Positions 28,474 through 40,550 of a stretch of 64,000 bases of DNA are shown here, in pieces; position 1 is the first letter of the stretch; each line of letters starts with the position of its first letter. Both the position numbers and the translations under genes were made by a program. The stretch is from the NCBI GenBank assembly GCA_964016885.1, contig OZ024743.1, positions 27,590,001 through 27,654,000 on the forward strand, given 5' to 3'. The stretch comes from Eledone cirrhosa (Eukaryota). The notes beneath the pieces were generated by a model that was not told where the DNA came from, did not search any database, and saw only the letters and a list, made by a program, of their open reading frames with translations.

Positions 28474-30631
28474 AAGTGCATGTATGTATGTGTACATGTG
28501 TGTGCGTGCGTGTTTGTGTTTGCGTTAATCCTACTTAATTCATCTGTTCGACTTTTTCTATACTGGGCTCATTGAGACGTATTTCTAAAAAGGGCTTTAA
28601 TTTGGCAGTGAAACCAGCATACGTTAGAGCCTCTCTCTTTTTCGGTGACTCCTCGGTCATGTTTGCCCATCATTTCTATACAATCGGTATAAACAAATCA
28701 ATACCAAAATTATGTAGAGAAGGATTAAATCGATACCCTCATTCTTACTTAACCACTTTTATGATCGCATTTATAATGAAATACAATCTATTCCATATAA
28801 TTAATGAAGAATTTTGAAAGATTTACTAATATAAAATATTTCTTTACTAAGATCAATGTAAATAAGAACACTTTGTAATGTGTGGTTTTATTTCATAGAA
28901 AAGGCATAAGTTTAGGGTTGGTTGGTATCAAAAAGATTGTTTTCGTGCCTACTAAACAAAAATAATATAAATATACATGTTTTGTTGTTTATTCTCCAGG
29001 TCAGTTTCATCCAAACGTCGTATGATCAAAAACGTTTCAGTCGTGAGTATTAGCTGTTTTCTTCTTTTTAAAACACTTTCCATCCAGGTTTTTGAAGTTT
29101 ATTGTAACCTTCACACGTGTAAGACAATATACTCTGTTCTGGAGACGATTCAAGTGCTATTTCTTACAGATCGAGCGACTTCTTTAGAGGACACTCAAAG
29201 GTACCCGCATATTACAAGGCCTATTTAATTCAAAGCAAAATATAATCTTTGTATTTATTACCTAATAAATATCAAAATAGGATTTACTTTGTATTTAGTA
29301 GACATTACCCTTTGAAACGTCGTAGTCATTTTCAATGTTAATTCTACTCAATCTATTGCCTGATGATTGAATGCTTATTGGATACTTAATGGTCTTCGTT
29401 TAGGATATAATTCTAGTTAATGCAATGTATATCCTTGCTACTTTATTCCTCCATTTTGTTGAAATGTCCTTCAAGGACCTAACTGATAGAAAATAGTGAA
29501 TATATATTATGCTGTTAAGCCAGTTTTGATTTAATTGTGACGATTACAATCTTTACAATATTTATACACATGAATTTGTATATCTCAGTAGTAGTTTCAA
29601 TTCCACAGACTTTATAAGAATGAGAATCTAATAATCGGTTGATTCAGAGATATTTCGAACAAATTATATTTTCAGTGAAGGTGCGTGGCTTAGTGGTTAG
29701 AGTGTTGGATTCGTAATCGTGATGTTACGAGTTCAATTCTCTGACTGGGAGATGCGTTGTGTCCTTGAGCAAGACACTTTATTTCACGTTGCCCTTTCTA
29801 CCAAGAGTTGCGACCGGTAGATAGTATCAGCAATGGAAACATTGTTTCCTTGGTCCGATTTGACAAGGTCTAATCCCTTCGACAAGGGAATGAGGTCTTG
29901 GATCATGTCGATCGATCCGAGTGAGTGATGATTTCATATTAACTACTGTGATTGGTATGTCATTCCAATGCACGAATGATTATTTTGCATTTTATATCTG
30001 TTTCAGCGCTAATACTTTTATACTTGAAATCTTGCCGACATTGCACGTACGCCATATCTATGTGATAGATTTCTTGCGAATCATTGTAAAGATTATTTTG
30101 CATATAGCATTTCTCCTTATATAACATATCATTAGAAGTGAAAGTGTAACCATATATTACCAGGGATATTTCCTTAACAATATGATAATCGTTATTGTCA
30201 AAGCTATAGAGTATTTGCTGAATACTGAATTTGGCCATATTTCAACTTGGTAATGAATATGTAAGGAAATTGATTAATACTTATGTGATACTAGTCGTAT
30301 TGCAAAGGTTCGTTTGACATATAATTAATTACTTATTGTCATTATTCAATGGTTTAAGAAATGGGAAACGTCTAACTCAGAGATGTGTTTCAAGAAACCT
30401 GCGTGTTTACTAAAATTGAACACTTATACATATATACACATACACAGAATCACACACACGTACAGACACACACACACGCACGCACGCACACACACATACA
30501 CACGCACACACGCACACACGCACACAAACATATATATATATTTATGTATATATTTTGACCGATGACAGGCAAAACTCCAGAGTAACAAGACTCCTTATTT
30601 AGCCTTAATAAAATGAATGTGTATATATATA

Positions 30632-30752
<121 letters not shown>

Positions 30753-30811
30753 GGTAAACAGAAATAACACAATCGGTACAGTATCTGGAAGGTATATATT
30801 AGGTTAATGCT

Positions 30812-30862
<51 letters not shown>

Positions 30863-31037
30863 TTGAGTACATGTTGGTTGTATACCAACACCTCAGTATG
30901 CAGGCTGGAGCATTCGATGAATATGATTCCAGTTCCTCAGTGAAATAACAACCCAACCAGGAACTGGGCATATCAGAGTATTGACAAAATTATACACCTC
31001 AACAACTTATGTACTTGTCTATACCACAATAATTCGG

Positions 31038-31092
31038 ACTGCCTGAAGAGGTCACAGCCAAAGATGGTTGTCACCGAAATATATATAGCAGT
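31038..31092 (+). ncRNA. Type I hammerhead ribozyme (family E)
   Basis: ACUGC CUGAAGA GGUcACAGCCA aaga UGGUUGUcACC GAAA UAUAUA UA|GCAGU, then AAUAAA (31093-31098). Confidence 0.85.
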
Positions 31093-31137
31093 AATAAACG
31101 AAGCTAAATTTTAAACATTTGACTTTTTATTTTACTT

Positions 31138-31208
<71 letters not shown>

Positions 31209-31302
31209 TACATATATATATATGTATACATTCATTTTATTAAGGCTAAATAGGGAGTCTTGTTACTCTGGAGTTTCGCCTGTCACCGGTCAAAATATAT
31301 AC

Positions 31303-31356
<54 letters not shown>

Positions 31357-31499
31357 GTAATTTATAATTAACAAATAGAGAGGCTGTTTGCATAATGTTT
31401 GCAAATGAATCGAATAATATTATTAATATCGGAAAAGCACAGATTACATTTATTGAATATATATTTATATATAAACATATATGTATGTATATATATCTA

Positions 31500-32046
31500 G
31501 GGCGGGTAAGATTCCCGAGATCCATGGAGGATATCTCTCCAGCAGTCTCTGTACTGCGTCTCCCAGAGACCAGTGTTTGTTTTTAGGGCAGCAATATATC
31601 TCATCCTTGGTTTCCTTCTTCTAATGTGTTCGTGTAGGGGCTCTTACAGGACCACTGAGTGCAGTGCCAACTCTGAATGTCGGTGGGCTTGTCCAGATAA
31701 CTTCAGTTTACTCTGTGTTACTTTCGAGCTGATATTTGGGAGGTTCCCGTACAGCTCTGAGTTCTTCATCCTCAGTGTATACTGATTAATGTTTAGAGCC
31801 ATCCTCACAACATTTTCGTGTAGCACCCATCCACCAGTTGAGTAAGTCTATTGTTCAGTGTTCCAGTCTCAGACACGTACAGCAGCAGAGACTCCACTGC
31901 AGCGACCAAAAGACGGATCTTCAGCTCTTTATGAAGGTCCGACTTCCACACCGGTCTCAAACTGTGACACGCCGCCCAGGATTTGCTCTTCCTCTCCACC
32001 ACATCATCCGCTCTGTTCGCAATCTTTGCTCCCAGATACTTCGTCT

Positions 32047-32050
<4 letters not shown>
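31500..32050 (-). mobile_element. RTE-clade LINE 3' fragment (frameshifted)
   Basis: KYLG...LRPVWKS...LKIRLLVAAVESLLLYVSET...DGCYTKML / RMALNI...NSELYGNLP...KLKLSGQAHRH. Confidence 0.8.
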
Positions 32051-32126
<76 letters not shown>

Positions 32127-32649
32127 AAATAATATAACTGAATAATTTTCTATGGTAAAAATTAAACTTGAATTATGCATTTATACACTCGATATTCCAT
32201 GCTGATTGAGATGATCCCAGTGTTAATGTACCGCTTAAGTATTTCTATGTTAAACATAAACTTTAATAGTGCATTTAAACACGCATAATATGCCAGATTT
32301 ATATTCGATGGTATTGCTTCATCTACTAATGTGTAAGTAGTCAGCTAATATTTACAAATCAACAACAGGTGTATATAACACAAAGTCGGTCTTAAATGGG
32401 TTTGAACCCACAACATAGAGCGATATAACTGAATATCTTGTAGTATTTTGTCCGATATTCTACCGATTCTGTTAAATCACTGTACTTAATAAACTAAAAA
32501 TTTCAATAATTTTGATAGCAGTAATATAATATTGAATTTGATAATCAGGTTTATATAACAACGATCTGTAGCCGTTTAATTAATGTCAACCAGTACATCT
32601 ATGGAGTACAGTGTCGATGTTGATTTCAATAGCTAATGTCAGAAATAAT

Positions 32650-32862
32650 AGTTTCTTTTATAAGCATAAAGCCAGCAATTTTAGGGGAGGGGAAAGTCTA
32701 TTAAATCGACCCCAGTGCGTGACTGATATTTTATTTTATCGACCTCGTAAGGACGAAAGGCAAAGTTAACCTCCGCGGGATTTTGACCTCAGATCATAAA
32801 GAGACATAATTCTATCCTTCAAATAATGGTGGCCGACCCTCTATCGATACTGCCAATTCACC
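32650..32862 (-). mobile_element. SINE family 1 flanked by an 18-bp direct repeat
   Basis: Head, core and tail on the minus strand. GCTAATGTCAGAAATAAT at 32632-32649 and 32863-32880. Confidence 0.85.
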
Positions 32863-33209
32863 GCTAATGTCAGAAATAATGATCTATTAAATCTTTTACC
32901 CACATTAAATGATGATTAATATTTCGTTTACTATTAAGTTTTAGAGTGTCATTCAACATAATAGTTACAGCCATGAAAAATTAATATTTCAGTTGAATAA
33001 GCTTTTACATACCTATATTTTAGTTTTTATAGTTTCTAGAGAAAGAAAAAAGAACCACGGTCTATTAAATACTGCATTAAATGGAAATTGCTGTACTGAA
33101 TGCATCGTTGCTATGCAGAAATACTTCTAACTACATTAACATATCTAAATGTTTCTGTATAACAATTTTCTTTGGAGTTTATATATTCATGTTACTAAGA
33201 GTGCTTGCA

Positions 33210-33295
<86 letters not shown>

Positions 33296-33906
33296 TTTAT
33301 ATGTATACACACACGCACACATACACACACACATACATATATATATATAATATACATATATAACTTTGATAACTTTGACTCGGTCAGTATTAGCCCAGGC
33401 CATATCTAACTTAATAGCGCCACCTGGTGAAGTCTTTCAAGTCAGGATTTGGACACAATGGCCCACTCAAATAGGGAGTTATTGTTTACGGGGACATATC
33501 CGTGTGTAGGAGGTTTATCCGGGATTTTTTAAATGAATTTGTGCGAAGACTTTTTGAACTTTATGGGGTCTGTTTCTGTTTTAATGTGTTTTGATGTAAT
33601 GTTAAGCAGAGCGGGGCAAATTGAGGGGAAATAATTGTGCCGTATTGTTGTTATGAGATGCCAGTTTGATTTTTGTTGTGGGCGGATAGCACGGGGCCAA
33701 AGCTTTGGTGATGCCAACATCAATGCTGATGGAATATTCTTCACATCATGCAGATAATGTAGCCTCAAGGACCTCTTCGAATCAAACTCACGAGCTTAAG
33801 ATTGTGAGCCGATCGCCTTATCCATTAAACCACGCACCTTCATATTGGCACAATCTACAGAGTATATCTACACACAGCCGTGAAGAGCTGTATATATATA
33901 TATATA

Positions 33907-33940
<34 letters not shown>

Positions 33941-33948
33941 GTAATATA

Positions 33949-34664
33949 TATAATAACTAGAAATTGATTAACATATAAATATACATGAATAATCACAGGA
34001 GAAAATTTTTGCCCGCGTGTAACCACGCATAGCTAGTATAGGTAATATTTACCTTTAAGTAAGTATGATTAACCTTCCTTGTATATATCCCATTAAAGAA
34101 ATATATTTCACCAATTAATCAGATGGTAAGTCACGGAAAGTGGATATTATCGGATTGTCAACAAAGAAATTGTAATAATTTCCAGCTATCCGTCCTTACA
34201 GAACGAGTTTAAATATTCATCTAGCCGTTACCACGTGTTGTGTCTACACAAAATAGCGGTTTCGTTTCAGTGGCGTGAATAGGTATTCGACAACTAGAAA
34301 TAGCAGTCAAATTTTCTTCAATAGAAATAGCTCTACAATTAAGGAGCCGTATATATATATCTAAATCCAAAATTAAGATAAAATAAATTAAATGAATTTA
34401 ATCTAAATCGAAATTGTGGGTGTCATGTCATAAGGCATGCGCCATATATCCTGGAAATTAAGCTCCAAGATAAATCTGAGCATATTATAATAACTAGAAA
34501 TTGATTAACATATAAATATACATGAATAATCACAGGAGATAATTTTTGCCCGCGTGTAACCACGCTTAATTTCCAGGATATATGGCGCATGCTTTATGAC
34601 ATGACACCCACAATTTCGATTTAGATTAAATTCATTTAATTTATTTTATCTTAATTTTGGATTT

Positions 34665-34675
<11 letters not shown>
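33949..34675. mobile_element. Family F element: 537-bp monomer with terminal redundancy plus short inverted arm
   Basis: TATAATAACTAG...AACCACGC at 33949-34028 and 34486-34565. 34564-34675 is the reverse complement of ~34350-34463. Confidence 0.85.
34075..34168 (-). ncRNA. Hammerhead ribozyme with U3-A8 core (family F)
   Basis: UUCUUUG UUGACAA U CCGAU...AUUGG U GAAA UAUAUUUC uuuaau GGGAUAUA UA|CAAGGAA. 7-bp stem I, 9-bp stem III, AUA site. Confidence 0.72.
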
Positions 34676-34708
<33 letters not shown>

Positions 34709-34719
34709 TTCCACTGAAA

Positions 34720-34862
34720 AAGTGGTCGTGGCGGTGCCGCGGCAAAAAAGATCCACCACTCACTGTAAATGAGGTTGGTATAAGGAAGGGCATCTAGCTG
34801 TAGAAATCAAGCCAGAATCAGTTACCGCCCCACCCTTGCAAGCAGGGAAAAGCGGACGTAAA

Positions 34863-34894
<32 letters not shown>

Positions 34895-34915
34895 GATGAT
34901 GATGATGATGAAGAT
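34720..34915 (+). mobile_element. Retroposon 3' end with (GAT)n tail
   Basis: AGGAAGGGCATCTAGCTGTAGAAA...GGAAAAGCGGACGTAAAAT followed by (GAT)n. Confidence 0.55.
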
Positions 34916-34983
34916 ATATATATATATATAATGAAAGAGTGAAGAATAACATGGTCAACAGTACAAAAAGGGTTTTATTTACA

Positions 34984-35091
34984 GTATTAACAATTGTTCC
35001 ATTGGTTAACTTGTCTTAAAATTGCTAATCACTTGAAGTTGTGTCACTCAATTTTAAATACGATGTATACTTAACCAAATCATCAGATAAC
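34984..35091 (-). ncRNA. Degenerate hammerhead ribozyme (family G; GAAA>GGAA)
   Basis: CUGAUGA U UUGGUUAA...UUAACCAA U GGAA CAAUUG UU. Palindromic stem III, poor stem I, AAUAAA downstream. Foldback arm at 35104-35131. Confidence 0.5.
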
Positions 35092-35125
35092 AGATAATAA
35101 TGAGTTATCTGATGATTTGGTTAAG

Positions 35126-35162
<37 letters not shown>

Positions 35163-35431
35163 AAAACATGAAATTTCATTTCTCACTCTTAGTACGGCTT
35201 TTACTTGAATACAAGTATGTATACAGACGTACAGTAGTATGTATATACATACATACATGCACATATATACATATATATGTACGTATGGGTTTAACGAACA
35301 TTTATTATAATGTTCTGTTTGTTTGTAAACAAACATCCCGAATTAAGCCGTACAGTGTTCGGCAACCATCGTTGCCCTTTTGTGCAACACTGACAAAGGA
35401 ACGATGAGCTAGTTTCTAGCAGAGTTCCTTC

Positions 35432-35512
<81 letters not shown>

Positions 35513-35520
<8 letters not shown>

Positions 35521-35936
35521 AGATCAAAAGATGGTTAAAGGAGTTCCATATATTTTATTATGCGCATTTCAAAAACAAACATCATCAAACAATAATATTT
35601 GTGTTTTCATCAGATAAAACAGGAGAACATGATATGAAGGCTAAAAAACACTTGTTGATAGTGCAGTTTTAAATCAACATATATGTTGATTTAAAACTGC
35701 ACCATCAACAAGTGTTTTTTAGCCTTCATATCATGTTCTCCTGTTTTATCTGATGAAAACACAAATATTATTGTTTGATGATGTTTGTTTTTGAAATGCG
35801 CATAATAAAATATATGGAACTCCTTTAACCATCTTTTGATCTTATATTATGCATACTCCAGTCCCACAAACTGTAGAGTGCTTCTTATCCGATATCTGCA
35901 TTGCTTTATTGTACTACAATAAAACTCACCTCCTAC
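35513..35936. mobile_element. Family H element forming a spacerless palindrome (169-bp arms, 35513-35850)
   Basis: Centre CATATATG at 35678-35685. Arms almost perfectly complementary. TA-flanked. Confidence 0.9.
35744..35810 (+). ncRNA. Type I hammerhead ribozyme (family H; also 35553-35619 minus, 38503-38569 minus, 39217-39283 plus, 40206-40272 minus)
   Basis: UUUUAU CUGAUGA AAAcACAAAUAUUAUU guuu GAUGAUGUUUGUuUUU GAAA UGCGCA UA|AUAAAA. Palindromic AUGCGCAU stem III. Confidence 0.85.
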
Positions 35937-36120
35937 ATATATATATATATATGTATCATCAACCCACCCATCCCCTCAATATATCTTATTTCTCATTCTT
36001 AGTTCTGATGAAGGACTAGCATCCGAAACGTTTGGACCTTCTTCCCGCTATATCAAGCGTTAACCTAATATATCCCTTCCATATACTGTACCGATTGTGT
36101 TGTTATTTCTGTTTATCTTT

Positions 36121-36186
<66 letters not shown>

Positions 36187-36899
36187 GCACCCTATAATAT
36201 GTGTAAATGGGGAATAGTACAGTATATAATACATAGTTGATATATCAATTTATATCGATATTGATGAAGTAGATTACGCAGCATTTACATTTTTGTTTAT
36301 ATTTTGTTACATTTCTAGAAAGAAAATCAAATCTATTAACCCTTCGCTTCTAGGTATTACTTTAGCTACAGTTCATTATTTTAGGCTAGAACGAGTATAG
36401 TTTCTGCTATAGTATAAAGACACTGCAAATGGCATATCATTTATGTGACATTTCCAAGAAAGATAGTTTAATGAGACAATTTGTGAGATTTTTGTTCGTG
36501 GTATTTATTGTTAAACCACCTAGTGACGTCTCAACACCGACATTGTTGTATATGTGATAAAACAACCAAATAAATTCTTAAATAGCCAAGTTATACTGAA
36601 TGTAAAAGTGCCATAAACTACAGAGACAATATATAACTTATCAGTGATTAAAGAGCTTGCATTGTCGATTTTAAATACTCATAAAGAAATTACTTCAAGA
36701 AATATGAGCTCTGTCGCAAGTCATTTAGCTTTCTCTACGAATATATGGATTCAGAGAATAGCTTCCTTAAATTACATTAGCTACACAGTACTATAGTGCA
36801 CCACAGAAGACTTAAATGAACTCTTAAAAATACATGATTATATAACAATAACATTTGTATCGAAATTTCGATATCTATTCTTCCCACACAGGTTTATCG

Positions 36900-37272
36900 A
36901 TAATTGTTTCTACTTTTGGCACAAGGCCAGCAATTATCCTTTGCATTACTGGTACTTTATTTTATCGACCCCGTAAGGAGTTAACCTCAGCGGGATTTGA
37001 ACTCAGATTATAAACGGCCGTAACTCTATGCTACAAAGCATGGCGTCCGACCCTCTACCGATACTGCCAATCCACCGCCCCTCAAATAATTGTTTCTATT
37101 TTAGGCACAAGGCCAGCAATTAACCAGTACATTACTGGTACTTTATTTTATCGACCCCGTAAGGATGAAAGGCAAAGTTAACCTTGGCGGGATTTGAACT
37201 CAGATCATAAAGGGACATAACTCTATGCTTCAAAGCATGGTGTTCGACTCTCTACCGATACTGCCAATCACC
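36900..37272 (-). mobile_element. SINE family 1 tandem pair
   Basis: Two head-to-tail copies, 36900-37080 and 37087-37272. Confidence 0.85.
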
Positions 37273-37924
37273 CTCAAATAATGTGTGGCAATTGCATTGT
37301 AAAATCACCAAAATCATCTGTTCTGTAATGGATTTGAAGCCCTGACCTATGTGTTGATAGCCTAATGCATCAAATACTCTTCTGTTCTAGTAATAAACCG
37401 CATCGAGAACACGAAATCGTTAAAATACTGACAACGGTGCTGTTTAAATGAATGACACGTAAACAGAACGGGGAACTTTACAAGTCTGCTGTTAGCTAAT
37501 TTTGCAATGTTATAGACGTGACGTACACTTTTCAAGATACATAAAACTGGGTTGACTGAACAAAAAATCGATATCGACAGAAATTCAAAAATGTAAATAA
37601 AGAAACAAAATCACACACAACCAAATAATAATAATAAAAATAAAACACAAATAAAAAAAAAAATCCTTTAGCTTCACTTTATAACTAGGAGTATAATAGT
37701 TGCGGTTTGATCTCATTTACTGAAATTCTAACAAAAATGTTCCTACGAGAGCTAGTTCTAAGATTAATCAAATATTGAGTTAGAGGATGTCTTCAGAAGC
37801 TGAAATAGATTCGTTCTTCATAGGATTAGTCAGATATATGTGAAATACAATAATGAAGGAATTACAGAAAGGTATGTATGTACATGCGTATGTATATGTG
37901 TATGCATATTTATATCTGTATGCT

Positions 37925-37961
<37 letters not shown>

Positions 37962-38021
37962 GAATACATATATATATATATACGTATATATATATATTTA
38001 TATATATATAAATATATGAAT

Positions 38022-38071
<50 letters not shown>

Positions 38072-38140
38072 AAAAAGAGATGAAATCGAAAATCCAACTG
38101 GAGTCTTATTTTTTTAAAAAATATATATATTTATTTGGTT

Positions 38141-38178
38141 CCTTTACCGGTTTCGCAGTTCTTCTGCTTTTCAAAAGG
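38141..38178 (-). ncRNA. Minimal hammerhead ribozyme with U3-A8 core (family J), 38 nt
   Basis: CCUU UUGAAAA GCAG aagaa CUGC GAAA CCGG UA|AAGG. Palindromic ACCGGU, followed by AAUAAA and TA repeat. Confidence 0.78.
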
Positions 38179-38374
38179 TGAGTTGAGATGGAGGGTCTGT
38201 GGTTTTTCTCACATCTGCTTGGTCTCTGAATGTTACTTGTTTTATATGGAAAAAGTGGGTCGAAATGCCAGGTTTTTCGGGAAGTAATTTGATTGGTTTG
38301 TCAATAATATATATATATATATATATGCTTGAAGTAAACAATAAATTCCTTCATCTATATATATATATATATAT

Positions 38375-39322
38375 ATGTAGGAGGTGAGTTTTATTGTAGT
38401 ACAATAAAGCAATGCAGATATCGGATAAGAAGCACTCTACAGTTTGTGGGACTGGAGTATGCATAATATAAGATCAAAAGATGGTTAAAGGAGTTCCATA
38501 TATTTTATTATGCGCATTTCAAAAACAAACATCATCATGCAATAATATTTGTGTTTTCATCAGATAAAACAGGAGAACATGATATGAAGGCTAAAAAACA
38601 CTTGTGGATAGTGCAGTTTTAAATCAACATATGAAAAGTGGTTTTAGATTGATGTGTGATATTGGGAAAAATATTTTATTTAGAGAGGGGGGTGGGGGGG
38701 AGGATGAAAAGGGAAGGAGATGAGAGGGAGAGATTGGTGATAGAGAGAAAGAGATAGTTTTTATAACTGAGAGGAGATATATTTTTTTCATAGAGAGGTT
38801 GAAAACCGTTGGAAGATACTGTATAAATTAAAAATTTTGAAAATTAACGAAGGGAGGATATGTGCGAGGAAAAAATATTTTATCCACCCCCCCCCCCCCC
38901 ACTCCCTAAATAAAATATTTTTTCCTCGCACATATCCTCCCTTCGTTAATTTTCAAAATTTTTAATTTATACAGTATCTTCCAACGGTTTTCAACCTCTC
39001 TATGAAAAAAATATATCTCCTCTCAGTTATAAAAACTATCTCTTTCTCTCTATCACCCATCTCTCCCTCTCATCTCCTTCCCTTTTCATCCTCCCCCCCT
39101 CTCTAAATAAAATATTTTTCCCAATATCACACATCAATCTAAAACCACTTTTCATATATTGATTTAAAACTGCACTATCCACAAGTGTTTTTTAGCCTTC
39201 ATATCATGTTCTCCTGTTTTATCTGATGAAAACACAAATATTATTGCATGATGATGTTTGTTTTTGAAATGCGCATAATAAAATATATGGAACTCCTTTA
39301 ACCATCTTTTGATCTCATATTA
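38375..39322. mobile_element. Family H element, long head-to-head inverted pair
   Basis: 38462-38882 is inverted at ~38905-39322. One HHR in each arm. TA-flanked. Confidence 0.88.
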
Positions 39323-39366
39323 TATATATATATATATATATTTATATATACGCACACACGCATATA

Positions 39367-39482
<116 letters not shown>

Positions 39483-39846
39483 CGTGTGTGTGTACGTGCG
39501 TGTGTGTGTGAGTGTATGTGTGTGTGTGGACTGTTATGGCCGCATGTAACACCAACACTCTTCGGCTATACATCAGGCGTGTCTGCTCATGTATGCATAT
39601 AAGTGCATATGCATTTTTATTATAAATCTTACATCGCATCCTTCGACGTCTTTACGGTTTTACCTTCTCTCCATCATCCTGCCATGTATGTATGTACGTT
39701 TTTGACTCTGTATGTATGCGCGTGTATATCCACACACTTTTCGTATCTTTATATACAGTTAAGCATGCTGTTATATAGATGGATAGATTGAGATGAATTT
39801 CTGGTGAAATATAAAGCAATCAATTATATTTGTAGACGTTGCAATC

Positions 39847-39979
<133 letters not shown>

Positions 39980-40005
39980 TATATATATGTATATATAGGT
40001 ATATA

Positions 40006-40073
<68 letters not shown>

Positions 40074-40075
40074 TA

Positions 40076-40374
40076 ATGTAGGAGGTGAGTTTTATTGTAG
40101 TACAATAAAGCAATGCAGATATCGGATAAGTAGCACTCTACAGTTTGTAGGACTGGAGTATAAATAATATATAAGATCAAAAGATGGTTAAAATAGTTCC
40201 ATGTATTTTATTATGCGCATTTCAAAAACAAATATCATCATGCGATAACATTTGCGTTTTCGTCAGATAAAATAGGGAGACATGATATGAAGGTTAAAAA
40301 ACACTTGTAAATAGTGGTTTTAAATCAACATATATGTTGATTTAAAACTGCACTATTCACAAGTGTTTTTTAAC
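40076..40374 (-). mobile_element. Diverged family H element with short foldback, abutting the LINE 3' end
   Basis: Similar to 38375-38632. Foldback centred at CAACATATATGTTG (~40326-40339). Confidence 0.8.
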
Positions 40375-40550
40375 ATACAGTCGTGTAAAAAATATAAAAA
40401 CAAACAATTACAACAATCGAAATCCCCAATAGGGAGGGGGGGTGTAGGAGTCACAAATGGGTTGTTTAATACCCCGTCGATAGAACAACCCTCAACTCCA
40501 GGAGCGTGTTGTGCAAGTCCTCCTTTCTTCCTTTTGCTCTCTTCTTCAAC

